A DNA stretch of 64,000 bases from Mobula hypostoma (lineage: Eukaryota). The translations under genes and the position numbers were made by a program. Below are positions 51,728-64,000 of this stretch, piece after piece. Position 1 is the stretch's first letter. Each line of letters starts with the position of its first letter. A model generated the notes under the pieces. It had not been told where the DNA came from. It searched no databases and saw only the letters and a list, made by a program, of their open reading frames with translations. Location: the NCBI RefSeq assembly GCF_963921235.1, contig NC_086108.1, forward strand, positions 40,550,001 to 40,614,000, given 5' to 3'.

Positions 51728-54700
51728 CATAGATGGCCCCCAAAATTGTCTCTTTATAATCTCCTCGGTCCATTGAATTCCCAGACTGGAGGAGCAACCC
51801 CATTCCAACACTTTGGAGTGCACCGCAGCAGGGACAAACAGCCGGTTGGGAGGTCTCCCACCTTGGTCAGGGTCTGACTGTTGGGTGGTCCTCAAATCTG
51901 CCTTTATTCCCCAGATCATCAGAGCACCAATGCATGAGTGAGGAAGGATGGGCTCCGGATCAGCATTGTCCTCAGATCTGTTGAACTATCGGGAGAGAGC
52001 ACTGGCCTTGGTATTCTTCCTGCTGGGACGATAGGGGAGGAAGAAGTTAAACCGTGTGAAGAAGAGAGCCCACCCAGCTTGACGAGAGTTGAATGTAGGA
52101 GAGGTTTGTGTGATCTGTCCAGACCAAGAATGGATGCTCTTCCCCCTCCAGCCAGTGTTGCCATTCCTCCATGGCCTCTTTGACAGCCAGAAGTTCCTGG
52201 CTCCCATCCTTGTAGTTACTTTCGGCCACAGACAAGCAGAAGGGAAAGAAAGGCACAAGGGTGCTGCCGTCTATCCACAGAAGAGCGCTGCGAGAGGATT
52301 GCTCCATTGCCAGCATTAAATATGTCCACCTCAACTATGAATGGCTGTGATGGGTCTGGGTATTGCAGCACTGAGGCAGTGGTAAAGCATCACTTTAACT
52401 CCGAAAATGCTCAGTCAGCATTGTCTGTCCAATGGAATCCTGCACAGGCCTTCCTGGTGAGGGCATCCATGGGAGCCAAGATAAAGCTGAAATTTCGGAT
52501 GAAGCAGCGATAAAAGTTCGCAATCCCCATGAAGCACCATACCTGTTTGACTGTAGATGGGTTGGGCCACTCTGAAACTGCCTGAGCTTTACTACAGTCC
52601 ATTTGAACACTGCATGGGGTAAGTATATAACCCAAAAACAACACCTGGTGTTTATGTAACTCACATTTTTCAGGCTTGGCCTACAGGTAATTTTCGAGGA
52701 GCTGTCTGAAAACCCTTCGGACATGCTGAATGTGTTCCTGATGAGAGTGGGAATAGATAAGGATGTCGTCTAAATACACAAAAATCAAGTGGTTCAACAT
52801 GTCCCTGAGCACATCGTTAACTAAGGGCTGGAATACAGCATACTCATGTTGGCCAGACTAAAGTGCATCACAAGGTACTCATAGTGGCCATTAGAGGTGT
52901 TGAAAGCTGTCTTCCTCTCATCCCCTTCTCTCATATGAACCAGATTATATGCATTGTGCAGATCAATTTTGGAAAATATGGTTGCTCTCTGGAGACGTTA
53001 GAATGCAGTCACCAGCAGGGGAAGACGGCAGCGGTTCTTCACAGTGATATTGTTCAGGGGCCAATAATTGATGCAGGGCTCGAGCTTGCCACCTTTCTTG
53101 CCCACAAAAATAGAAGCCTGCTCCTGCTGGCGAGGTTGATGAACAGATAAACCCTATGGCCAATGCCTCCTTCATGTATTCCTCCATGGCCACTGTTTCA
53201 GGATGAGAGAGGGAAAAGAGCCTGCCCCAGGGAGGAAATGCCAGGGAAGAGGCCCATGGTACAGTCATATGGGGTTAGGGAAGTGGCCTTCCTCTTACTG
53301 AAGACCTCAAGAAGATCCACATATACAGACATGCCAGCCCCCACCCTTGGAGTGCTTCCAGAGACCAATCGATCCATAGGTTATGTTGGAATAACCGGGG
53401 GAGACCAAGCACCAGTGGCAGTTCAGACGAATCAACCAGATAGATGGAGAGTTCTTCACTGTGGTTGCCTTCAAGCATAAGTTGGAGGGGTTGGGTGGAA
53501 AGGTGGATCTGGCCAGTGCCCAGAGGTTGACCATCCAGGGCCTTGATATTGACCTTTTCTTTTAATTCCTGAGTTGGAACTCCCCATCAGTGAGCTCGAA
53601 GGATGTTCATGAGATTCCTGGCTGAACCGGAGTCGATAAACGTCTTAAGTTCACGGGTCTGAGACCCCTACAACAAGGAAGTCAATAAAGAGCATTGCAC
53701 AATTAGGGGAAGCTGACTGCAGAGAGAACCAATCCATCTTTTACTGGACTGTCGGGACATGTCACCCGGAAATGTCCTGGGTCACCACAATAGAGGCAGG
53801 AACTTGTTCTCCTGCACCACTCTCGTTCCTCCTGAGACAGGCACACGCACCCCGCTTGCACAGGATCGTCCATGGACGGGGTGCAAAGTGATGAAGGAGA
53901 GGCTAAGGAAAGGTGGTGGAAGCTCGAGATATTCTTTCCCTGCACCACTTAGTTACTCGGTCGTCAACTTGAATATCCAGATTAATCCAGACTATCCCGC
54001 TCGTTACGGACAGCGATCTTGTGCTGGACCCCTGCGGTCAGTCAACTCTAGAAGGCAGTGATTGAGAGAGCTCTCATTTCATCCTGTCTCTACTGCAAGT
54101 GTGTGGAATTTGACTGTAAAGGCCCTTGACACAGGTCCAAGAATCAGTGGGCAGTCTCTTGACCTCATACTGGAAGATCACAAACCTTCCTTAACACTGC
54201 AACAAAATAGCAGAATGACTGGGGTATCCTTGCTCCCATAAAGCCTTGAAAGGGCTGAGTGGAGCTTCATCTAGGAGACTGGCCATGTACGCCAGTTTTC
54301 ATGTATCATCACCAAAACGACCAGGCTGGGCTTGGAATGTCAGCTTGCACTGGGTAATATGATTTCTGCAGCCATCAGGATTGCCAGTGTATCTGCCCAG
54401 TCGTAGAACACTTGGTTCTTGTACGGACACGGGAGGCTGTGATGGTCCAAAATCGGGAGTCAGTTCTGGACCAGGCGCGGGACTGGGAGCAGTAGTGGCA
54501 GAGGTTGTCAGGGCAACAGAAAAAGAAGGCCTGTGAGATACTGGGAGTGGGACTGATATGGCCAGAGGCTGCTGAATTGTGTTGGCAAGAACCCTAATGG
54601 CTGTCAGCTGATGAATTCAAGGACGGCAGCTGTGAGAGTGGAAATCATAGATATCTGACTCCGATTGTCTGTGGTGAGCTGTTGAACAGTTGCGACAAGG

Positions 54701-54894
54701 GATGATACCTGTTCCTCCAGATGAGGCTGGGCTTGTCGGCATGACATTATCTGCCTCATTGCTTCAGTAACTTCACCCAGAACAGATTCAATTGCCTGTA
54801 GCTTGTATCTTACCTGACTATTGAATCTCAGGGTCAGCTGCTTTCTCTCTCTCTCTCTGCTGGGTCCAGACGTCTTCGTGTTGTCAAGACGTGC

Positions 54895-55187
54895 TGTCGG
54901 TACATTCGTGTATGGTCCAGGAGCGGAGAGAGAAACACGGAAATGGGTCGATAATTCAGTCTTTAATCTGAACAGGGTTTTAAGGGAAAAGAAAACAATA
55001 AACATTAGGCCAAGCAGCATCATTAACTAAAACTCTCAAATGGAAAACTAGATGGCAACACTGCAGCTGAAAGAAATAGCTAATGTAAAATGAATAACGC
55101 TAGTCTTCAGCTCTGCTCAAGTCTCGACAAGCGCTACAATGAAAAGAAAGGAGTTAAAAACATGCAGCCGAGTTCATGGTTGTGACA
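54895..55187 (-). repeat. Gypsy 5' LTR (two deletions relative to the 3' LTR)
   Basis: TGTCG...TGACA ends; shared core ttttaagggaaa.gaaaacaataaa..gcagctgaaag; roughly 80% identity by eye. Confidence 0.9.
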
Positions 55188-57364
55188 GTAGCTGATAAAG
55201 AGTATTTTAATACTTGCATCTTTGCTGTCTAGGTGTTCCAGGAATGAGTGAAAAACCAGTAAGATGGGATCTACTGTGGACCTGTTGCTCCAGTAGACAA
55301 ACTGGTGCAGAACGAATTCGTTTTGCTGGCAGGAGTTGATGTGTTCCAACACCAATCACTCAAAACACAATCACTGTGGATATAAGTGTTACTGGGTGTA
55401 GTCATCGAGACAGGTCACTGTGTTCTTGGGCACCGGTATAATTGAAGCCTGCTTGAAACAGATGGGTACCATATACCGCTGAAGCAAGAGGTTAAGAGAT
55501 CTCAGTGAACACACCAGCCAGTTGATCAGCACAGGTCTTTAGTATTTGGCAGGTACCCCTTCTCAGCCAGATGCACTTCTTGGGTTCACCCTCCTGAATG
55601 CTGCTCAGGATCATCAGGGTAATAGGAGTTCATGATGGCTCCTCTGTGTTTTGACAGTCAAAGCGAGCGTAGGCTTTGAGCTCATCTGGAAGCAAAGCTC
55701 TGCTGTCTCCTACGTCATTTGATTTAACTTTATAAGAGGTGATAGTATTCCAGCCCTGCCACAACTTTCGTTAATTCAAGTTTGGTCCGAAATTGCCACT
55801 TCGCCTGTGAGATGGCTTTCTGGAGATTGTACCTGGACCTCTTGTAGCTTTCTTGGTTACCAGACTCGAATGCCTCTGACCTGCCCGTCAGCAGATTTCA
55901 CATCTCATTGTTCATCGAGGGCTTCTGATTGAGGAAGACTCTGAATAACTTTGTGGGGACACACTCGTCTACAGCTGTTTATTTTAATAAAAACCATTAC
56001 AGCCATGGTGTATTCATTCAGATCCCTAGATGAGCCTTTGACTCAAAGCAATCCTGTAGCCGCTCCTTTGCATCCTGTGACCACCTCTATGTTGTCCTCA
56101 TCTCTGGAGCTTTTCTCTCTAGCTTTTACCTGTATGCAGGTAGGTGAAGGCTGATTTATTTTCCCTGCTCAACCCTAGTCTCCCGGTTTCTCCTCATAAT
56201 CTTTGATGCCCTTACTAATCAAAAACTTATCGAACTCCATTTTAAACAAACCCAATAATACTTTGATACTAGTGCCAAAACTTTCTCCCCTCACCTCCTT
56301 ATGCTCTGATTTGCACCTACCCCAAAATGAGCAGCAGGTTAATACCCTTTCACCTACATTGCCCCATCCTTCCATCTCCAGCTCCCACCCTCCCAACAAC
56401 CTACCATCCCAGTCACTTTAATTAACCATCACAATATCCAACTTAGCTATGTTAAGTTCCCCGCCCCCCCCCGACTCCAGGCCTATCTCGGCCATAAACC
56501 CAACTCCCCCAGGTCCCAAATCCCATGAAAAAATGTGGTTCCTTCCTGAGCAATCAATCAAGGAAAAACGGACTCCTTTTGCCAAAAAAATTTTTTGACA
56601 TTGATGTACTTGGATGTAGGGAATATTAAATCAGTGATAGCTAACCACAGATCCTAAATTTTAAACTTCGCCCTCAGTTATGTTTTATCCTACTTGACAT
56701 AAGACCCACTTATATTGTTATCATATTTTCGACCTATATTTTTTGGTTTTCAGATGCTGAGTATGTAAGCACAGCTTTGTGTTTTTACATAGACTTACTC
56801 AATGAAGCTTTGTACAAAAAAGGGCAAGGTTCCATTTCCTCCGTGGTATTCTGTCCACTTCTTTTTCACCTGAACTTTGGTTAGCCTTTCTCTTATCTCG
56901 AGATGATCTCATCAATGTGCCAGGGTTATGGCAAGTTCAAATGGGCAAAAACAACCAATTGAATATCCACAAATAATGTTTGTCTTGTTGCTAATGGTTA
57001 ACATGCAGCAGCATTTAAGACCACTAGCTAGTGATTATGGAGAGTGGGTTATTTCAGTCAAGCCTACTCTGTGTTTACAGGAGCCTGAAATTATAAGTTG
57101 TATTTATTGCAGCTTTTTGTTTTTAAAGTTTTGAATAAGGGTTTTACATCTGTTTTGTTTCAAGAAAACCATCTATGTAGCCTACATAGTTCCCATTTTT
57201 CAGATGTTATACTTGTCTTCTAAGTCCTAATATGGTAGTTAGGAAATCATACACATTTTTCACTTAAAATGCCTGAACTATCCAGAATTAAAATAAAATG
57301 CCTCCGTTACTCAGACGAGAGGGAGCACTGGCCCTTTGAATACACAGATAATAGGCCGAACAAT

Positions 57365-57475
57365 TGTTGAAGAAGCGGACAATAAGCTGGAAGAACCCAG
57401 TGGGTCAAGCAACATCTGCAGGACAAAAGGAATTGTTGATGTTTCTGGTATAATGACTGCATCAGGACTGAGAGG
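57365..57475 (-). mobile_element. Old Penelope-terminus fragment with decayed hammerhead
   Basis: gctggaagaacccag..caagcaacatctg..gatgtttc..catcaggactg parallels 595-680. Confidence 0.55.
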
Positions 57476-57921
57476 TGAGATGGATAGGGGAGTGGCGAGA
57501 AAGGATTAAGAGGCAATTGGCGGAGTTGGAGAAAAATATTAATGAAACCATGCCATGGATCCTGATCTCCAAGTTTACATTCATTCAGTCTTGATGCCTG
57601 ATATCAGATGCATTTCTCAGAGCCACTGACCTAAGTACCATTGTGACAATGTAAGTACCTTGAACTTGCACTCCACATGACTGTTGAATTATAACCAGGC
57701 CCAATATCTGCAGGAGCTTCAATGCCATAAAGGAAGATTTGAATGTTGAACATTTGAATATTAAACTTTATACTTCTCATGCAATGTAAATGGACATTCT
57801 CCATTGCTGGATCTTGGTGTTAGGGGTTCTGCATGTTCTACTGAAGTATTTCCCTTGAAAGGAAGATGCTCAGAGAATTATCAAATACATCTTGCACCTT
57901 GCATACAGCATTGAAGCAGAT

Positions 57922-58780
57922 CTTCCCATCAAGATGGTGCTGAGTGCAGTCTCTGGTGAAGTCGTGACTCAGATTTAGTCCACTTTCGATTTTGTAGAGA
58001 TGGATTTGGGGACAGGTATAGAGCTAGGGGTGAGGGTAGGGTCCTGGATAGGGCTGTGTGAAGTTGGAGATCAGGACGGAGTCCATATCAAAGCACTCTG
58101 TAGTTGAAGACTAGGACTCCCTTGGATGGATATTGGTTTGGCAAGTGCTGTGGATGAACACCAGTGAGTAAAAGGACTGGTGACCCCCCCCGACCCCCCA
58201 CAAGAGAAAACAGGTTAATGAGTTCCCCCAACTTGGCAGGTCCAAGGACTGGTGGTCCATTTGGCCAAGTGGTATGAGGACCAATGACTCCTCTGGGTCA
58301 GCAAGTTGGCAAGTTCAGAGTTGGAGGCCTGGAGTTCATGGTCCTGCCATTGGCGCCTCCTGGGGTCGATACTGAATTTTGAAGCCCAAGGTCAAAGCCT
58401 GATGTCGGCGAGTCCAGGTGTCGAACCCTCATGGCTGAAGCCCTGGTATGCAAGTTCACCGGGGAAGTCAAGGGCCTGATGTCTGCAAGTCCAGTGGAGA
58501 GCTGGAGGCATCCTATCCTGCAATTGGAGGCCTGTGTGTGTAAGTGGGTGGGTGAGAGAGAGAGGAAAGAGGCTTGTTTTGCTTTTGTTGTTTCATTGCT
58601 GTTGTCGTGTTGCTCTTGTTGGTGCTTGTGCTGCTCTGCTGAACGTTATGGACGTGCTGTGTTGGCACTACAGTGTGTGCCAGCACTTGTGGTTAGGTTG
58701 TGTCGTTTGTTATCACCAAAGACACATTTCACTGTATGTTTTGATGTGCATGTAATAAATAAATTAATCTGAAGCTGAAT
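57922..58780 (+). mobile_element. Non-autonomous retroposon (AAGATGG head, LINE-like tail)
   Basis: Head caagatggtg at 57930; tail aataaattaatctgaagctgaat; flanked by CAGAT at 57917-57921 and 58781-58785. Confidence 0.6.
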
Positions 58781-59869
58781 CAGATGCTGTAGTGCAAATG
58801 CAGCCTTCTGCAGTGCCATGTTAGTGATAGTATCAACGAGGACAGATTGTGGGAGTTTCTGCTATCCATTTCAAATCCCTGTAGCTCATTGAAGAAAGAC
58901 CATCAGTCTTGACTGGTAGTTCAAAACAGTAAACAATGAATAGGGATCTAACACCAATCACATTGGTACACTTCACCTATTTACTCTCATTTCCCCATTA
59001 TAATTTCAGTGTTACCTCATGGTACAGTGAAATGTTGTTAAAGTTAGAGAGACTTGTTTCTGACATGACTTGACAGGCTATTGAGGCAGAACAAACTGAA
59101 ACTGTTGGCTTCAAAATCATGACAATTACAAGATGGCAGAGCAAAAAAATTCATCTGTTGTCTCCACAACACTTAATAAAACCCAAACTCCTAAGCGTGT
59201 GCTCAGGGACCAGCACATTTAAAGTGTGTAACTCAGGATTGCTTTGATTGAAGATAAGGTCATACTGCTTTAACTGTAGGTGACCTTAACATGGGTTTTG
59301 GAATGCGATAAAAATCAGCAAGATAATACTTCCTTGATTGCAACTGAGTGTGAACTGTAGAATAGGAAAAGATTCAAGCATTGCTGTGAAATTCTTCTAG
59401 CCCCAGTTATCTTCCATTGCCTTTTTCCATATGAGGTGTCAGTGGGTTCTTGGTATATGTGGAACTACTATGCTGAAGTGGTATCCCTGCTGAAGGTCTA
59501 AATATTGACAGAGGGGAATTTTGGACACAATTTCATCAGCTCACCCGCCCATCTGGAAAGAGGAGATGTACCGGGCGCCAGAAATGTACCATAATCATGA
59601 CCATTTTCGGGACAAATCTAATGGGAGGAGGTCTTCTATAGGGTAAGTCATCAGGAAGGATCTTCATCACCTCCTCTTAGTGATCTGTTCGGAACTGTGG
59701 TGTCTATTCTGTACATCCAGACAAAATGAATCTGATTTTCGCAGAGCAACAATTCCAAGTAAAATGCAGAGTTTGGCAGGAATGACAATACATGAGTCAC
59801 TTCAGATCTTTAAAAAAAAGCATCTGAATCCTTCAGTCAAGAGGAACTGTGATTAACTTTCCCAAATTC

Positions 59870-61440
59870 AGCAGGTATATCAACATCTGCTACATGACAG
59901 CGTGCAGGCAAGGATTCCAACCAATAGGCTTAGCCATGGACAAAATCCTTTGCAGAATGATGTTCAGCTTCAATCTTCTTCACAAGCTTTTATCACTCTC
60001 AGTGAGATCCCTGCTGGAATAAATCTGATCTATGGGATAGTTGGGAAAACCACTAAGCTGTTTTTACTTTCAGTACAAGATCAAGGTCACTCTCATCTCA
60101 ATAAAACAACTGAAGTGCACTGAAGCCACTAGCGGCTGGGGAGGTTTGGAGACCAGGGTCCAAATTACAGCAAGGGTCTTAACTTCTGCAAAGCAATGTT
60201 CTATCAACATTCTCCCAGCACACAATGCTGCGCTCCTATTATAAAAGTCCACAGCAAAAAGCTAGAAATTATTGGCCAATTCAATATTTCAGAAGACAGC
60301 CCTCCCTAACGGCAAAGATTAAGGATTAAATTTTCCCATCACTTCTAGTTGTCTGAAGAAACTGAATTATTAAGGCCTCAAATAGAGTACGAAGCTCAGT
60401 GTAATAGAAATTTATAAAGATGTACTGTGGAGCGCATTCTAACTGGTTGCATCACCGTCTGGTATAGAAAGGCCACTGCACAGGATCGGGAAAAAATGCT
60501 GTTGGAAGTTCTAAACTCAGCTTGCTACACCATGAGACAGCATCAATGACACTTCCAAAAGGCAATGCCTCAAAAAGATGACATCCATCATTAAGGACCC
60601 CATCACCCAGAACATGCCCTTTTCTCATTGTCATCATCAAGGAGGAGATATTGGAGCCTGAAGAGACACACTCAACGTTTCAGGATTTCTGAACCCATGT
60701 ACACTATCTCACTTCTTTTTCTTTTTTTTTTGCTTTATTTTTTGCACTACTTATTTAACTTAATTCTTTATATATATGTCTTATTGTAATTTATAGTTTT
60801 CTTTACTATCATGTATTGCAATGTACCACTGCTGCAAAACAACAAACCTCACACCACATGCTAGTGATATTAAACCTGATTCTCATTCTGACTACAGTGG
60901 CTCTTGTCCTCCTGTATGCCTGTGAGGTAAGGATCACTTGCAATACAACAGAGAGGAGCTACTAAAACCATCTCTGCAAAATTCTCCACAGGCACTGTAA
61001 GGAAACCAATGTCAGTGTTGTCTCCCTAACACTGATGTCCTGGTTACAATCAACCTGTTTCTGGGGTAGAACTCTAGGCTATCAGACCCCTGAGGCAGGT
61101 GCCCTATTCTGAGGTTCCTCACAACAGGGGATTACCAAGAGGAAAGAAGAGTTCAAGGATGCTCTCAAAGCCTCCTTGAAAACCTGACCTGTTGCAACGC
61201 CTGACCCATGGCCTCCTGAAATGTACAAGTATTACGTGGATTTCACTGAGCTTGTCTCTTAAAGCTTGTGAAGCAAAGAGGAATGAATCTTGACACTATC
61301 CCCCGCAAGAATCTGAACTGTGGGTGGACCTGTTGACACAGTAAAAATGTGCACCATCACCCATCACCTCCATTCCCTGTCAGGACTTTCCTGCCCTACC
61401 TGTGGCAGTAAGCGGGCCACACACTGCATTTACTACCTAC
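59870..61440 (+). mobile_element. Old RTE-clade LINE remnant interrupted by a Rex1
   Basis: PAGINLIYGIVGK..KIKVTLISIKQL resembles the RTE segment before YADD; gagttcaaggatgctctcaaagcctccttgaaa = FKDALKASLK. Confidence 0.6.
60407..60890 (+). mobile_element. Rex1/Babar 3' fragment
   Basis: RCTVERILTGCITVWY, SIIKDPHHP; tail taaacctgattctcattctg. Confidence 0.85.
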
Positions 61441-64000
61441 TTCAGAACTCCCACACTGGAGTGGAAACAAGCTGTCCGTGACTCCAAAGGGCTGATTAAG
61501 GGGAAGGCAGCCTGACCTTCAGAGCAGGACAGGAGAGGATTGCATGTCTCTGAATTAATCTGGGCATGAATTGCGTGCAGCTGGGGCAGCGTCTTTAAGA
61601 ATGCCATCTCTGCAATAAAACTCATCACAATCGCAGCCCTTGTTTTATGGTTACAAAAGGGAGTTTTATGTCGAGGTGCTTTCTCAGTATTGCACTGCAT
61701 TGTGAATGGGTCATGGTTTGTGTTCTGTGCCAGTTTCATTGAGTTTCAGCTGAATTCATGTGAAGCTGCACTTCTGTTAATTTAATCTTGCACAAATGAG
61801 TTGGTGGTTTAAAGGGTTTCCCTTTAAAAGAGCAGAATTGGTTTGATTTTGGAATTACACTGTTATGGTCAGTCAATTTAGTCTTTTACCTCATTAAAAA
61901 AAACTGTTGATGCCAATTCTAATTATTTTATCAACACAGAACCAATCAGACAATTGTCTTGAGATTTAAAGAAGCCCTTCGGGGTGACTTACACCTGAGA
62001 CTTCGCTTTATTTTAAAGTTTTAGTAATCAAAACTCTTGTTTATAATTCTCTGTCACTTCATATGAATTCAAGGCCAGAACAAGCAAAATGAAACGATGT
62101 TATGCTTTGGACTAAAAACAAGGTCATCGAACAGAAGGTTAAAGGTTTAGAGCAGATGGCAGAATGAAATGGGACTAATGGCTCTCTAGTCCTTTCCCCA
62201 GATTAATGGATGGAAAATGAAGCCATGTTATGTATCTCTGCAATTTCTCTCTCATTTAACATCAGATTTTTAAAAATACAAAGGAATAGTCCTTTTGGGT
62301 GTATTGTTGAGAATGTGTTCTTGTGGAGCATTTCCTATTGTGAGAACTTAAGTTCTTTGGGCGAATGCCTGACTATTAATGAAGTAGGTTAAATCATGCC
62401 CTTGAATTCACCCCATCCTTTTGTGGTGGCCATTTACTGTCGGTTGTAAGTGTTGTATGAACAGGTGAGGTCAGGTGAGGGCATCAAAATAAAGCACATG
62501 TTTCTTTCAGACAACATGAAAATCCTCACCATAGGATAAAAAGTCAATTAATATACTTAGTAAACCCCTGATGAACAGTGAACGAGTTGCCAACAGTGTA
62601 AGTTTTTGTAATGTGTCGAACAGCTAGTAACTAAAGGATATATTGGCACTTTGGGTCAATAACTCAGCAATTTCTGCTGGTTGTAGGAGTAACTATGCTT
62701 CTTGCATGGATTCTGTTAAACTATGATTCCTCGAAACCAAGCATCAGAGGAGTGCAGAGGCCCTGTGTGGACTGCGGAAGGAGTGTACCTCCCAATTTGT
62801 AGAAAACTCTGTGGTTCCCACATTAGACATATTATTCATTTCCAGATCAACAAAGCTAGAGTGGAAAGAAGACATCCTCAACTTCTGATGGATTATTGTC
62901 CAAGAGGAAGATTCCTCACTTTAATTTTTACCTGATAGAATTTCACAACTTTCCACGCTGACAGACAAGCGAGAGAATTCTGGCAAATTCTTTGATCCAG
63001 GTGGCTAAAGGCCGAATTTCAGCATAATGATGATTTTACAAATGTAAACATTGTACACAGATCACTTTAAACAAAAAAATACTTCAAAATATGGAATAAG
63101 TCTGAAAGTATTTAATCTGTTTAAAACATAGCTCCTTGTCATTGTGAATAATTATGTTTGCACCAGATGGAGGGGGAAAAACCGTCATATTTTTCCAATG
63201 ATTCCCACAAGTTAATTTGAAATTGCTTTCTTGGTTTAATATATTTATGCAGCTGGGTAGCTGAGCTTTGAAGTAAGGCATACAGGAACTGCAGTAAGGT
63301 TTGAAATACCCCATGAGGCTTGAGCTGTGACCACCAGGCTACACCATGCTGTTTTAAAATGTTGCCCATTCAAGCAGCGGGGAAACTAGTGCAGGACTTA
63401 TGTGAAGCAGTTGGATAAAATCAGAATGCATTGGAATGAAGAAGTGCATCGTTATGCTCTGCACTTGACAGCCAGGTTGAGGGGAAACAACAGATTATGA
63501 GGATGTTACATTCTTGAGGACAGCAGGCAAATGGTAAATCTAGTCCGGTAGGAAATTCTGCTCATCTATACTTAACTCCTTTTCCAGTAGGCCATACTAC
63601 GACTGGCAGTTAAACCCCTCAGTTTAATGAACAGTAGGAAAAAGAGTGGGTAAGGAGAAATTTTTTGTAATTCTTTGGTTTCAAGAGGCATAGCAATAAT
63701 GCTTGCATGATATTTTATGTGACAGAGGGATACTTCAGAGTCATTGAAAAGACACCCAAATTGAAATAAAGCTTTTGTAATGATGTGTTTCTTTAGAGAT
63801 TGTCATGACATCATTTTTTACAAATCTACTGTCTCCAACTCTACAATCCCGAGAAATATTCTCAGAATGACTCGACTGGCAGCAAAGTGAAATAACATCA
63901 GAAATTTTATTACAAAACCTAACTTCAAAGATTGATTCGTAAACACGAGCAATGAGGTAATAAATAAAGATGAAGATTGATTTTACTTTTAACTCTTGCA

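Larger units (their letters stand above)
48876..55187 (-). mobile_element. Full-length decayed Gypsy LTR retrotransposon, chromoviral Tf1/sushi type
   Basis: Gag with CLYCGDPGHFRVTC knuckle (~53760-53800), protease FIDSGSA (~53625), [12 protein letters not shown] (~52765), RNase H VWTDH, integrase IVSDLGPQF, chromodomain GKVQYLAD (~49500); PPT-like ggggaaagggccc; degenerate 5-bp TSD ATAGT/GTAGC. Confidence 0.95.
48620..56010 (-). mobile_element. Old Rex1/Babar LINE split by the Gypsy insertion (parts ~48620-48875 and 55188-56010)
   Basis: Left part: [29 protein letters not shown]. Right part: FVYWSNRSTVDPI..LEHLDSKDASIKILFISY. The two halves join across the Gypsy TSD. Confidence 0.8.

Noticed and set aside
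56740..56770. Micro-exon (polypyrimidine-CAG followed by gtatgt/gtaagc)
   Set aside because: Chance-level signal with no supporting neighbouring exons.
1..64000. Host protein-coding gene or prokaryote-style system (CRISPR, operon, retron)
   Set aside because: All ORFs with recognisable motifs are TE-derived; no regularly spaced repeat-spacer array and no convincing coding exon. Small exons could still be missed by eye.

Overview
Repeat-dense vertebrate genomic DNA. The mix of CR1, Rex1/Babar, V-SINE, Deu-SINE and Penelope families suggests a cartilaginous fish, probably a ray (inference). I found no supportable host protein-coding exon, RNA gene or CRISPR array; every long ORF is a decayed transposon frame or its antisense shadow. 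Main elements: a full-length TSD-bounded L1 (11270-16747), a full-length decayed Tf1/sushi-type chromoviral Gypsy (48876-55187, minus), a young 843-bp solo LTR (29888-30730), several CR1, Rex1/Babar and RTE LINE pieces, a Penelope-like element, a Tc1 derivative carrying a hAT MITE, and SINEs, often nested 3-4 deep. The most interesting signals are: (1) minimal hammerhead ribozyme motifs in Penelope-terminus micro-insertions with TSDs and two alternative 3' ends; (2) a tRNA-independent self-priming signature in the Gypsy element; (3) three non-coding retroposons with an AAGATGGCG-like head and Rex1-like tails; (4) an excess of Tyr-to-stop codons in young CR1 copies; (5) TE-free, homeodomain-motif-rich islands that may be enhancers. 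I do not see a wholly new biological system. These are mostly uncharacterised instances of known mechanisms. Coordinates were read by eye, and boundaries of old elements are approximate.
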